Of a stretch of DNA of 64,000 bases, positions 38,011-51,480 are shown piece by piece. The DNA is from Lytechinus pictus (Eukaryota), in the NCBI RefSeq assembly GCF_037042905.1, contig NC_087258.1:2604001-2668000 (forward strand), given 5' to 3'. The notes below the pieces were generated by a model. The model did not search any database. It saw only the letters and a list, made by a program, of their open reading frames with translations, and was not told the DNA's origin. The first letter of the stretch is position 1. Each line of letters starts with the position of its first letter. A program made the position numbers and the translations under genes.

Positions 38011-39784
38011 CTGGAAGGGATGAGGGTAGTAAAGAGGTGGGATAAGAGGGTCGATAGGGGATAGGAAGTGAGGTGAAGGGGGTGGAAAAGGGTAAGGAGG
38101 CATGAAGGGGGGATAAAAAGGGGCAAGTGTTTTAATTGGGTAAACATTAATGGGATGCATGAAAGAATAAAAAGGAACAGCGAGGAAGAGTGTAGTAGAG
38201 AGGAGTGAGAAGGGGGTCAATAGGGGATAGGAACGGGTGAAGAGTGAATGAAGGGGGGAGGGGAGGGAGAGGGAATGAAGGGGAAAGAAGGGTGTGAATG
38301 GGGAATGAAATGGGGGTGTGGTGTTTGAATTGGATATACATAGAATGAGATACGTAAATAAAAACAAGTTATAAAGGAATAGTGAGGAACAGTTTAGAGA
38401 TATGGGACAGAACAGGGATGGGGGAGCGAGGGAGAAGTGAAAAGAGAAATAGATGGAGAGGGGGGTAGGGTAGTCATAAGCAAACAAATGAAAAATTAAT
38501 ATATGAAAAGGAAGAAGTACATGTGGGGGAAAAAGTATAGAAAAAGAAACCATGGGGGAGGGGTAGAGGAGTAAACGAAGATGCCGAGAACAACAGTGGG
38601 ATGGTGCAAGATGGTGAGTACATAAAGAGACATGAACAGAATGACAGACACAAAGGAAAGATGTCATACAAAGAATATATGATAAACAACAAGGAAAGAG
38701 AGACAGACATACACAGTATTTTGACAATGATACAATTCACCATTACAATTACACAGAAGACAAAGGCATGAGTGAGCGATGCAACATAGACAATAGAAAG
38801 TGAAAGAGGAAAAAATAACAATATGGAAATATATTTTTAGTCTCAACTTCAAATGAACAGAATTTATAGCATTCTCACTGAAACCTGATACATGCTGTTC
38901 AAAATCAATTTTACAAAAACTGTTGCATTACTTTTACTCTACTAGGTCAATTTACAAATTACTGAGGCTGATCAGCATCACTACTACAGAAAGATATATG
39001 CATGTAATAATGTACATGCCTTTCTGCAAACTAATTCCCCAAACCTTTTTAAACGTTCTTCTCCAATTGCAGTATCAAGGTACCAGAGTGTTCTTTTCTC
39101 ATATAAGGATAACTCTCTTCTATTTCTGTCAAACATTGTTCCATCTTCTCCTTGATACCATTTATTTCTGCAACAGCTAATATGTACTATCTTTATGAAT
39201 AGACAAGCCCTCCCTCATGTATCCATCGTTCTTTATTTCATTATCCTTTGTGATCTCTAGAAATTCATGGAAATGCATAAATTGGTGTCGCAGCAGTTCT
39301 GTAAGTCATCAGAACTATTTCTCAAACTATTCTATCACCTACCTTTTCTTTCATCTTTCCTTCAGTCCTTTGGCCTATTTTTTCTCAACAAGTATCTTTT
39401 ACTCAATTCAAATGCCTTGATTCTATACTACTCTCAGATCAAGAATTGTTTGTACGCTATTCGCATATCATCACTTTGTCTCTCGTTCACTTTTCATTAC
39501 TCTTCCATACAGTTACCTTTCTCTATCTCTTTCTAGATATCAATATATGTAACTTGATTTTGTAGGCATTCTTTCAGTTGAAAGGACCAATCTCTAATGA
39601 CTTCATCTCATATCTTATCATTTCCCTTTCCTTTCAACAATCTTTCAGTCCCCTACCTTCTTTCCATCTATTCTTTGATGTAAATGCCCTGATGCTGAAG
39701 CAGTTCTTTCTGCGCAAAGGACCAATCTCTTATGATTTTCTCTCGTAACCCGACTTTCCTATCAACTATCTTCCATTTTCTTAC

Positions 39785-40034
39785 CTTCTCTCCATCTCTT
39801 CTTTGATATCAATGCCCTGATGCTGAAGCAGTTCTTTCTGCGCAAAGGACCAATCTCTGCTGTCCTGCTGATCAGGCTTGCCTTCCGTATCGCCACCATC
39901 GCCTTGCCCTCTCGTATCCTGGACCCCTTCTAGGACCTGCCCTTGGACGGAAGATGAAAGCTCCCTCTGTTGTCTGATCTGTTCTGGATTGGTGAAGCGG
40001 AACACGTGGTGCTTCCCGAGAATGATGCGGTAAC
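39785..40034 (-). CDS. KIF1A/B (unc-104): Exon 8: FHA end and CC2 start ([18 protein letters not shown]...[23 protein letters not shown])
   Basis: ttacag|...AG|gtaaga; 250 nt, phase 1-2. Confidence 0.96.
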
Positions 40035-40241
40035 CTGTAAAAAAAGATATAACAAAGATGTCTTTGATGAACGTCCTGGAGAAAGGCTAATATTTCCCCC
40101 ATGAAACATCAAAATTACTACAAATTGTCCATTTGACATACTATTAAATGTATGGTTTCATTGTTTCACCCGATAGTTACTTCTGCTCTGAAAATACATG
40201 AAATGTGTAAGGTTGGTGATGATGGATTGGAGTGAGTCATA

Positions 40242-40665
40242 GGCCCGAATTCACAAAGGTGGTTTTGAAAACCCACGGTTGAATCCATGGTTTATGCAGA
40301 TTTCCTGTATACATTACGCTTAATTTAGCCCGTATCGGGCGCGTGTATAAAACAAGTCCAATGCTGATGCATGCTTTTTTCACAGTGCGCCATTTTGACG
40401 CCTGTTACCATGGTAAGATAAGCTATTTTATTCATGAGTCCACTGTTTGAAGAGTGGACTCATTATTCAAAACAGTGGACTCATGAATAAAATAGCATGG
40501 AAAACCATGGCAACAGGCGTCGATTTGGCGCACTGTAACAAAAGCGTACATCAGCATTGGACTTTTTTTAATATACGCAGTAAATAAGCATAATTTATAC
40601 AGAAAATCTGCATAAGCCATGGACTCAACCGGGGGTTTTCAAAACCACCTTTGTGAATTCGGGCC
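40242..40665. mobile_element. Near-palindromic (foldback) MITE inserted in an RTE LINE fragment
   Basis: Long TIR GGCCCGAATTCACAAAGGTGGTTTTGAAAAC; the two halves are inverted copies; ATA TSD. Confidence 0.88.
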
Positions 40666-40668
40666 ATA

Positions 40669-41090
40669 GTGTTTGAGTGAAAATGAGATGAGGATTCTGA
40701 GAGAGTAATAGTGAGAGCGATGATGAGAATGATGGGTGGTGTGAAGTAGATGGATAGGAAAAAGACCAAGGTGTAGATGCAGATGTTTGGTTTGGAAGAA
40801 GCAGTGGACCGGTTGGCAAAGGCGAATGGGGTACATTGGTATGGGCATGTGCTGAGGATGGATGATGAGCAAGTTTTACTAAGGGCTTTTAAGTTTGAGG
40901 TGGTCAGAGGGGACGGCCAAACAACTATGGAAGAAACAAGTGGAGGAGGAAAGCAGAGGGTTGAGTTGAGGATGGAGAGGACACAATGATTCATGTGAAA
41001 TGGAGGGAGAGGGTAAGAGTGATTGCTGTGAATCTGGCCACCCCTGTACAGTGGGAACAAAACTGGATATAACATTTTGGACTACTCACT
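40669..41090 (+). mobile_element. RTE-clade LINE 3' fragment (C-terminus of the RT ORF); continues left of the MITE to about 40205
   Basis: Peptide LEEAVDRLAKANGVHWYGHVLRMDDEQVLLRAFKFEV (WYGHVLR motif); short-repeat tail. Confidence 0.8.
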
Positions 41091-41340
41091 CACTAACTGT
41101 AACTAGTTGAAGGAGTTTCCAAATCAGATGTGAAACCCCGTTCTCGATATAATTCTACATCACGTTTGAATAAAAATGGTTCAACTTTAAATGGAGAAGA
41201 ATGCTCGTACTAACTTGATTCAAATATGAAATTCTACTTAATTTCATATTCAGTTTACAAGAATTATTCCAATTTGTAAATAATATCCTTCCATAAATAT
41301 TTCTCATATTTGCAATGAAACTAAGTGAAGATACACTTGC

Positions 41341-41516
41341 CGCTTAAGATTTGAGTAGGTTCTGTGATCTTGGAGCCGTTGATGTAGCACATACAACCAT
41401 CAAAAGGTTTTAATGTGACCTCACTATCCTTGTTTTCAAAGATACAATGTTCCTCGTTGATATATGAACCACTTAGCTGGATGTCTTGGGTTACATTGGC
41501 ATCAGATAAACCCACC
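41341..41516 (-). CDS. KIF1A/B (unc-104): Exon 7: FHA core (VGLSDANVTQDIQLSG...TEPTQILS), followed by a GC donor
   Basis: aacag|...AGCG|gcaagt; 176 nt, phase 2-1. Confidence 0.92.
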
Positions 41517-41799
41517 CTGTTAAAAGATGATGAATAATCAAACAATTGTCATATACATCTTCTTGAATGTTTTTTTTTTCATTCACCCGATGAACCTTCA
41601 ATCCTTCCTTCCATCCTTCAATCAATGAATTCATTCCTTTCGTAATTCATTCTTATAATCATTCCTTTTTTATCAATTCATCCATCCATCCATCAATCCA
41701 TCCATCCATATATCCATTCATTCATTCATTTAATCATTAATTCATTTATTTTTTCATTCCTTTATGGATTTATGGATTTATTTATTAATATTTTTATCA

Positions 41800-42120
41800 T
41801 ACTGTAATCATAATTATCATCATCACCATAAACCATCATTATATTCATCTCATCACAGCCACTATAATTATCATCATCATCTCGTCATGACCATATTTGA
41901 CATCATGATTATTACAGTTGTCGTCATTATCACCATCACTACCACCAGTACCACCATCATCACCACCACAACCAATATCACNNNNNNNNNNNNNNNNNNN
42001 NNNNNNNNNNNNNNNNNNNNNNNNNNNNNNNNNNNNNNNNNNNNNNNNNNNNNNNNNNNNNNNNNNNNNNNNNNNNNNNNNNNNNNNNNNNNNNNNNNNN
42101 NNNNNNNNNNNNNNATCATC
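41800..42120. repeat. Degenerate (CAT/CAC)n microsatellite with assembly gap N 41982-42114
   Basis: Seen directly. Confidence 0.9.
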
Positions 42121-42136
42121 GTGGGTTTATAGGTAC

Positions 42137-42216
42137 CTTGTTATTCCCGGTTTAAGGTGATACAGTAGACATTCTGACATCAGAGGATCTTCATTCAGAT
42201 TTACAAGATGAGGGGT
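42137..42216 (-). CDS. KIF1A/B (unc-104): Exon 6: FHA N-terminus (TPHLVNLNEDPLMSECLLYHLKPGIT)
   Basis: ttgtag|...AG|gtacct; 80 nt, phase 0-2. Confidence 0.96.
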
Positions 42217-42384
42217 CTACAATCGAGAAAGAAAGAAAATTATTAATGAAAAATGCATAATTTCATCCAATTACTGAGGTACATGTACTTATTCAAAACA
42301 CAAGTAATCTAACTGTGCTCTTCATAGAGGTACTAATGCAAAGTATATACAGGAAACTGATTTTCCGTTTACCACTGGAAATCA

Positions 42385-42698
42385 CAATAATAAAAATAAT
42401 AATATTCCGCATTTATATAGTGCTTAATACATCGGAACAATGTCTCTAAGTGCTTTACAAATATATTATTACCCCAATCATCGGATCCTTGCATGCCCGC
42501 ATACAATGTATGCACCTTCTCCACTCCCTGGGGATCATTCCAACAAGACTCAATTGCTAGGCATACTACATAGGCTTTCGCATCCTACCGGGTACCCATT
42601 TAACACCTGGGTGGAAAGTGGCAAAGTGTGGATTGACGCCTTGCCAAACGACGCTAGGCCATGGTGGAATTCAAACACACGACCCTCTGATTACAACG
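42385..42698 (-). mobile_element. tRNA-derived SINE, 5'-truncated
   Basis: Shares GGTACCCATTT...ACCTGGGT core and (ATT)n tail with 2628-2916. Confidence 0.75.
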
Positions 42699-42890
42699 GA
42701 ATAGCTGTTTTGGTTCTGTACTTTTCATGTGAAAACTCATTGAAATTACCTTTGCAAAATGCAATTCACGTTTCTGCTGTATACATTTTCTATGACAAAA
42801 CAAAATTTCCATTTTACATCAAGTTGTAACGGAATTACTGGTTTTCAGAAACAGAAAAGACCTCTTTTTTAAAAGAAAGAAAGAAGATAC

Positions 42891-42966
42891 CTGTTTAGGA
42901 GAGAATACTCCAACAGTAAGTCCATCTTCTCTCATAACAACACCCATCTCAGCTAACATCTCCTCT
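42891..42966 (-). CDS. KIF1A/B (unc-104): Exon 5 (EEMLAEMGVVMREDGLTVGVFSPKQ)
   Basis: tttcag|...|gtatct; 76 nt, phase 2-0; matches KIF1 LAEMGV...GVFSPK. Confidence 0.95.
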
Positions 42967-43687
42967 CTGAAATAAAACAAGAGTTAATATATATATATAA
43001 TTCATTTGTTAGAATTTAACACATTACATCATGTTGAACTGACAAAGAGTACTGTAGGGGATCAACGAAGAATTCTTGCCACACCTGTTAACATGTAAGT
43101 ATTTAATTTTCATGGGTATTTTATACTTCTTAGGTGGCAATGAATTAAAGAAAATGCTTTCTTGTCCATGGGCATTTTCTTAAAATTTGTATTTCAACAT
43201 TAATTTGAGTTTTTAAATCTAAATCAAGATCACCACACTTGCTCTATTAAAGCAATATTCAATTTTATATCCAGATAATCTGGCAAAACTTTATGTACAT
43301 ACATGTGCTCAAGTATCTACATGTATGACCTGGTTAGAGAAGTGTTTGGCTAAATCACCCTCAACTTAATCAGGAACTATTTCATCATTGAAGTGCATAT
43401 GCTAAATGCCCGTGCCGCAGAATTTGAAGAGTCCATGGTATTAATTTAAACCAACTTTGTACATTCCATCCTATGGGTCCAATGGCAGAGTCAGGGTAGC
43501 CGTGCTAAAGCCGAGGTAATAACAACATTATCTGGGCACAGTGGGAGAACAGCTTTTGGAACTAAAGTGGCTACCCTGGGCAAAACATGATGGTATTAAT
43601 AGTATCATTATTTTTATTATTATTGGAATGTAGACAACTACAATGTACGTTGTAATTAGGTCAGGATAAGATTTACAGTGAACCAAC

Positions 43688-43767
43688 CTCTGTAACCTGA
43701 TGGCTTCTGTCTTCTTTAGTTTCTCTTCCCATGTTTCATTCAATTCTGCTATCAACTTCTCAGATTC
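43688..43767 (-). CDS. KIF1A/B (unc-104): Exon 4: CC1 ([26 protein letters not shown])
   Basis: tgtag|...AG|gttggt; 80 nt, phase 0-2. Confidence 0.96.
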
Positions 43768-44435
43768 CTACAACAACAAAAAACATGGTCAATATTATAA
43801 ACCTTCTTTAACTCATTCAAAACAATCATTTGAAACCTTCTGTGTTCAGCCCCTAGTGTTGGCAAAATTAGTATTTTTCATTACTGCATTTCTACTCATG
43901 TTTCATTCAATTATGCTATCAACTTCTCAGACTCCTACAAAGACAATACCATCTATTGTCAATATCATAATTCTTTACTTATTCAAAATAAGCACTTGAA
44001 ACCTTTGATCTAAGCCTGTTCTTCAAATTGGCAACACCTGTATTTTTTTCTATAATTACTGCATTTCTCTTTTTTAAAATCTGAGCTGGCCGCAAATTTT
44101 CAAAAATCCAGCAAAAGAATTTTTTTGGTCCGATGGTACAAAACAATTAGCTAAACTCAAAATAATGTTTGTATTAAAAAGCAATCTATTGCTTTTTCCA
44201 GAGTCTGATGTCTTATATTGTAATCTACATGTATCTCGTATTTCCCATGAAAGATAAAGAAACAAACATGTACCTCCAAACCCTGGAAACCAAGAAAGTA
44301 CGACAAATCGGAAGACATCGGCTGAAGATACGGACATTGAAAAACTTACTCAAAACTTATGAACAGCTTTATGAAACACCCAACAGGACTAACTCTATTA
44401 AATAAAGACAAAGAAAGGTGTGAAGTATTAATCAC

Positions 44436-44685
44436 CTTTATTCTATCAATAGCATCTTCTTTGACAGGTAGCTGGATCTTCTTGGGCATGGAAAGGTTTG
44501 GTGTGGGGGCAGCATTCACGTTGCTCACAAAGTTGTTGATGTTGTTGAGGTCAACGTCGATGCCCTCTGTCTTCAAGATGACCTTTAACCGATTGACCTC
44601 TTCCTTGAGTTCACGGATGAGACGGGCGTTGGGATCTTCATTGACAATAGCCTTGCAGACGATGTTCTTGGCTCTGTCTGCATAT
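44436..44685 (-). CDS. KIF1A/B (unc-104): Exon 3: neck linker and neck coil ([30 protein letters not shown]...IDRIK)
   Basis: tacag|...|gtgatt; 250 nt, phase 2-0; within ORF 44346..44723. Confidence 0.96.
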
Positions 44686-44959
44686 CTGTAAAAAATAACA
44701 GCCAACACAAAAAGTAGGAACATGGGATTTTAAAATGTTTTATACCCCATCCAATTTGGCACAATGAATTGATTTAGCTTAATCACATTTAAATGAGTAT
44801 TTATTCTGTTCCAAATCATCAAACGTCATCTGGTAAATGGTCCTTCTATGATGACATATCACCAAAGGTACATGTAATTCTCACTCACATTTCTTTTCTT
44901 TCTTGCCTTTCGATTTTCTTCTCGATCACTCCACCATTCTACAGTCCCTTTCAGGACTA

Positions 44960-45140
44960 AACCACATGCTCTCTGCATGAAAGGAATTAATCGTACCAGG
45001 TACCCATCCACTTGGGTTGAGTACATCAGTATGGATAACATTTTTTGCTGAAGGAAAACATGCCATGGCTGGGATTTGAACCAATGGCCTTCTGTTTGGA
45101 AAACAAAAGTCAGAACCACTAGATCATAACACCCCACAAA
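44960..45140 (-). mobile_element. Degenerate tRNA-derived SINE 5' part
   Basis: GGTTCAAATCCCAGCCATGGCATGTTTTCCTT matches the 2628-2916 family. Confidence 0.7.
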
Positions 45141-45166
45141 CATATGAATTAGTAAAAAAGTATTTA

Positions 45167-45355
<189 letters not shown>

Positions 45356-46905
45356 TTAATTAACTATGCTAGTCCCAAATTGACCAAAGAGCTATCAATC
45401 TTCAGGGGGGAGAGGGGAGGGGGTGTTAGGCCTGGACCTCGAGGCCCTGTTGCAATCTTGAAGGGAAAGTTTTAGGGAAAAGGGTACCCATGTTTTAAGA
45501 AATTTGTCAAATCATAGACAATGTTTGGGGGGTGAAAAGGGGATATCAAAATTAGTTCCCCTAAAGAAAATACAGTCCATCAATTCACAAAGATCTTTGT
45601 TTGGCACACGGCTTTATGAAATAATAAAATATTACAATCCAAAATGACTTCTAAATCATAATTCAATCATGTAAAGTTAAAGTTTGCAGTGCAGACAATA
45701 AGCAGTTTGACAGGAAGTATATTTTTGTCACAATAGTCTGTGTAATTACAAATATAGTCACATGCTATTGCATATTAAAAGCAAATAATAATAAAAACTG
45801 TTGATACTTCAGTCATTCATAAAGCCATTTATAACTTTATATCCTCAATTGGTTGATTACATATACATGTACAGTATATGTACTTGGCTGCTACATGAAT
45901 ACTGAATGTCTGTAAATATTTACAAAGCAAACAGTAACCAATCAATGGCATAATCTTTTGATTTCATTTGCATTCATGCATCATACAGTGTCCCATGCAA
46001 TGCTTTCATTCAACAAGCTTTATGCAAGAATGACATTGATTTATTTGGAAATCAATCTAAAAATCTCAAAATTAGCACATAAGCCTACACGTAGATTGAG
46101 GCAAGAACCTCAACAAACTGAATTTAGGCTCAAATTTTATTTCCTTCTGATGCATTTTGTTTGACAGGTGAGAACAGTACAGCTATGTTATAAAAATATA
46201 TTAAGCATCAGCAAGCTCAGCTTGTTTCATTACATACGTGTACCATTCAAAGCTCCATTTACATCTAGTAAAAAGCTAAATTACAATAATTGAGTATTAT
46301 CAATGTAACAGGATTGAACATAAAACATAAATAATTACTATTTAGGCTCATTTTTTCAGGATATGCAGGCTGTTACGTGCATATTTACATGTAGAAGCCA
46401 TATTCAAAGGCAGGGCAACATGCAATAATGTAATGAGTGCATTGAGAAGACATCACGCAGGAATTACATGCTCACTTTAACATCTTCAGCCAACCTGCCT
46501 GATAAAGCGGCGGAATTGGTTACATTCATAGCATTGACAAACACTAGGAGCAGCTAATAATGTCTGCATGCCCTAACACTGCAATGCAGGTACATGTACA
46601 TGTACATATACATGTACATGTAGTTGGCTTATCGGCTCAAGCACAGTACTGCATGTACTCAGTAGTATATATATGCCCCGTTCTACCGACAAAAACACAC
46701 ACATGCAGTATACATTAATCTGATCATCCATGCTTCATTCATGCATGCACTGTGGTGTGTTGATAGCATCATTATGGAGAAAGCGGTGTGAAAACCAATT
46801 AACTAAAACAGTCATAATTTTCTAAAAGCTTGAAAAACATGATGATGATGATGATATCATTCAGGTTAAATCTGTTTGCAGCAGATATTTAAATGCAAAT
46901 TAGTA

Positions 46906-47748
46906 GGGGAAGGCGGGGTAAGTTGTGACACTTTTATCATTTTGCATATTAGAATTGATATGACTAATAATATTGAAGTATTACCTTGTCTTTAAATTTG
47001 ATTCTTTGATTTCATTTTTCACATATATATATAACTTTCTAACCCCACACTGAAAGTCATTGTGACCTTTGAAAAAAATTGATGTCAAATGGCTCAACTT
47101 GCCCCATCTGTGGGGTAAGTTGTGCCACCTTCTGGGGCAAGTTGAGCCACAAAAACTGTACAAAATGTATGCGGGAAGAGCATGTCAATTTTTTTATTTA
47201 AAGTCTTTTCACTTGCTTACTAACATCCTCTAAAAGTAAAAGAACTGTCATGTGAATTTGCTCCTTTCTGCCTGCATATCAATGGCTTTTTAAGGTTTTT
47301 TTTTTTTTTTAATTATAAATTACCATAAGAATTACCATGGCTCAACTTACCCCATGCTGGCTGGCTCAAATTACCCCAGTCCGAACTTAATGTGATATTT
47401 TCACATCCACACATTTCTTATGCATCCATCGTGTAAAAGACCATGACAAGAATGAGAATCCATACCTGGACTAACAATATTGTTCTTATTTCTTTATTAT
47501 ATTTAAAGATGTGTGTAGGTTAAAAGCACTTATCATTTCACACCCTTTTTTACTTTTTTTGGCTGAAATTTGTATTTTTCCCTCTAAAAAAGTACTTTTT
47601 GTTTCAAAGTTGAAAACAATGTGGTGGGGTTAAGGGTTATGTAATGTGTCATCAATACATGACACCACCACATTGTCTGACTCATTCATTATTGGCCTGG
47701 GGGTGGTGGCTCAACTTGCCCCTATGCTCAACTTACCCCACCTTCCCC
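46906..47748. mobile_element. Non-autonomous DNA transposon with TA TSD (Tc1/mariner-like)
   Basis: TIR GGGGAAGG(C/T)GGGGTAAGTTG; internal CTCAACTTRCCCC repeats; TA on both flanks. Confidence 0.8.
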
Positions 47749-48766
47749 TAGATGAATTGTTTTGTTTTTTATTTTCTATTTCAATAAAGGTCAGATTGTC
47801 AAGATTCAAAAAATGTGTTTATTGTTGGGGTATGAGCAAGGGCGCCAGAAGGGGAATACAGGTGGGGTGTGGGGGGGGGGGCAAAAATGCATTTTTCGAT
47901 ACACCCCTGTAGGTTGCACATCGTGTACACCTTGTATGCTTTTGTTTCATATTCAGAAGCTCAAAATATATACTTGGTTTTAATACAAAAAATATCAATA
48001 ATTGAAAAATAATATATAACATCAATAATGGGATCACTTGATAACATTGATCACAGTCTCCATATTCACAAATCTCAATATTTGATTCTGATTGGTTGAT
48101 GGTGGGTGTTTTGAACAAAACACATATGCAACAATGAACCTGATTGGTCAGTGCCATTTTGTGACTGATTACAATCCTTGGTGATACAGGGTCCCAGCAT
48201 ACTCTGATGCTGAACTTTTTCCCCCCCTTACACAGGCCCCTACATGTCTGCATCATTCAAACTCACAAAGAGCGGAGTCAAAATCATAACATATGGAACA
48301 CGACAGGCATACTGCTAAAGGCCCTTGCTTTATGGGAGTATTTGAAAGGGTAATGAATACATTATAGGGTATTTATGGGACTAATTTTGAATCGTGGGGA
48401 TAATGATAAAGGACAGAAAACATGATGATGAATAAGAGGAAGGAAAGAGATGGTGAGAGAGTGAAAGGGGAGAGCAGATAGAAAGAAGAGAAGAGAGAAT
48501 TTGACAGAGAAAAAAAATGAGGGGGAGAGGATGAGTATAGTAAATGAGAGAGGAGAGAAGAGAATGAGCAAACAAGAGTAAAGGAAGAGATGGAGAGAGA
48601 ACAACAGAAAAGAGAGAAGGAAAGAGAGCGAGAAAAGCAGACAAACAGAGACAGATAAAGAAAGAGTAAGATAAGAAGAGAATAATGGAGGTATATAATT
48701 TCTTTTTTTAAAAGGCAAGAAAATGGTGAGACATTGAAATTAAACAAAATAATAAGGTTAGGTTAA

Positions 48767-49451
48767 CAATTCTAAATTCCAAGGATTTAAAATAAATCCA
48801 GATCAGATGTGAATAGTGACCAGCCAAATATTAGATTTAGATTTGAATATAAATCTAAGGTCTCACAGGCCTAATTCATTCCCCATAGACTCGTGTGTTG
48901 AATTGGCACTTTAAAAAATTCATAAAAAATAAGGATGAAATTCGGGGGTCGAATGTTTACTACCAGTGGATAGGATATATATCTGGCAATCCATATCTGA
49001 CCAGAAAAGGGTCCCTCGACCGGCTCATTTTAAAAATAAATTGGCGTGTTTGAAGACACCGTCGGGGGGAGCAGATTCATCACCTCAAACGGCAAAATAG
49101 CCCTAATCCTTCCGCCAGTCAAAATATAGTCCAAAATTGGTGATATTTCTTCCCAATTTGGGACAAGCAAGTTCAGTAATTACCAAAAATAGAATCAGTG
49201 TTAGATGGACAATCATATGCATACACTTTGTCAATCAGCCATATCAAAATAAAAAAAATAGCAATGGGTTGGCTCGAATGAATATCTCTTGCTTTCCCAA
49301 TGTTAATAGGCCCGTGAGGCCCTAAGAGATTTGAATTTAAATCTTTTGAGATTTAAAAGTTAATCCTTAAGATTTAAAAGAAATTAAAAATTCAGCTGGT
49401 CACTATTCACACCCGATCTGGATTTAATTTAAATCCTTGGAATTTAGAGTG
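48767..49451. mobile_element. TIR element with a nested MITE (48859-49322)
   Basis: Outer TIR of about 55 bp TCTAAATTCCAAGGATTTAAA...GAATAGTGACCAGC; inner TIR GG(T/C)CTCAC(A/G)GGCCTA flanked by TAA; related fragment at 58470-58620. Confidence 0.8.
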
Positions 49452-51480
49452 TACATGCAGGGATGCATGCTGTGGATCTGAGGCCTATTCTCTAAATCTA
49501 ATAAGCTAATCAAATTCATGAATTCAAATAAAAGAAAAACGTAATTCATATTCTTCCCCAGGCAAAGTTAGTATAACCAATACTCTCCTCTTGGGGAATA
49601 AATTTATACTCTCATCTTTGCTCGGGTGTTACACCTTGTATCTAATTCTTAAAAACTTTAAAGGTCAGCTCAGAAAATAGAAAGATATTAGGGTTGTGAC
49701 ATTTGATGCAACCTCCCTTTGGCAAAGACCTTTCGAACAATATTATTCTTTAAAAAGGTTATTAGTGCAAATTTAAACAAGTTAGCCCCCCCCCCCAAAA
49801 AAAAGAGAAAATATCTCATATCATTTATCAGGATTCCTGATTTACTGCAATCATTATAACATACATGTATAGCTTATGACATCATACATGTAATAAAACA
49901 ATGATGGTGTCACAAGTTTTTCTGCAGTTTTGGACCACTTTTGCGACGTGAAGCATATCATAATGCATTTTTTAAAAACATTATCATTGTGATAATGTAT
50001 GTTTTCTTTTATGTCACCGAGTTGTTAGTTTGTTCTGTTTTTTTATTAATATCTTACTTATAGAGGCTCTACTAGTTTCATATCTTCATGAGATATGCTT
50101 CCAATGAAATGATAGTCTTTTATCCATTCTCTTCAAAACTATACTATTAATATGCCCTATCAACATACAGTAACCTGGTATAATATAAATATAAAAGCAT
50201 GGTTAAAGATGCATTCGTCATCAATGCAGCATACTGTACATGTACATCATGTCCAAGCTTCCAAAAACTAACAATGAGAGTAATAATTAATTTCGACTAT
50301 AAATGAAAAATTCAAATTTGATTAAGTTTTTGTATACATGGAAAACTCAGGTTTTAAATCAAAATCCAGAGTTCTCAAAGTGAAGTTGAAAATTAATGAT
50401 TTCTCAGAGCATTCTAGATGTTCGAATCCATTCTAAGCCCATTATGATTGTTTTACACGTCCTTAAAACCTTCAAAGGTGAATTCTAATAGGAAAATATT
50501 CAGCATTTTTTTCACATGTTTCTCACTAAAATCTGCAGGCGTTTTCAAAACATGGATAATCAGGATTAACTGAAAACTGCAAGCATTTTCAAACATGAAC
50601 ATCAAATGTTGGGAGGTCATTCGGTATTATAGACACACGATCAACATCAAAGGAAATGATGAACACTGTTGATATTTTCCCTCAAATATTGCCTGAATTC
50701 GACCCTTAAAAATTTCACTCCAGCAAGGCCTACTCAATTCCTGTCGATTCTAAAAAAATGAATAAAGGCGACAGTATTTTCGTGTTACTTCTGATTTTTA
50801 AAGTCAAAACTAATTTTAATGCACTGTGGTGCAATAGTCACAAGAGTCTAGACAGAAACGTGTGAAGAACCTACATGTACGTAATTCCAACCAGACGAAC
50901 TAAACCAATTTATCTTGCCTTATTAATATAGCTAGTCGAAATCACATCCCTTCCTGGTGAAGGAAGCTCTTAGCTAAGCAATGACATTACATGCATCACA
51001 ACACATAGCAATGATAGAGCTGCCTCATTTCAATAGACTTCATACAAGAAATGCATTCTGATTGTAGGTATCAGCCCAAAAGTGTTCAATCATATAGGAT
51101 GATATACTACACTAAGTAGAGCTACATGTATGGCACTTACATACTACATCAATTTCTTTAAAAGCTTACAAAGGACATACGCTGTATATACTTTTTATGT
51201 TTTTAAAATTTTATTCTAAATTTGCTATTTTCATGATTTAGATAAATCAGCAATTGAAATAAATACAAAAATGGGGGATGTTGGACACACAAAATTATAT
51301 GTATACATATCATGAAAACAACCTGTACACAGAAGGCCTACTATTGACAGCTATAGTTTTACATTAATATTATACTATAGAAAACATTGCACAAATGTCA
51401 CAAATTCATGCATTCACAATAAAAATGCAAATTTCTATACAAAAACAAAATATAAAACTATTGAATGTTATTTCTCTCAC

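Noticed and set aside
37909-38852. 272-aa and overlapping Leu/Phe/Pro-rich ORFs
   Set aside because: Low-complexity purine/pyrimidine-skewed intron; only 37938-38010 is coding, in another frame
48362-48747. Hydrophobic 87-124 aa ORFs resembling membrane proteins
   Set aside because: Derived from a GA-rich low-complexity tract, open in all three frames, and not attached to any exon, unlike the 37000-37124 extension
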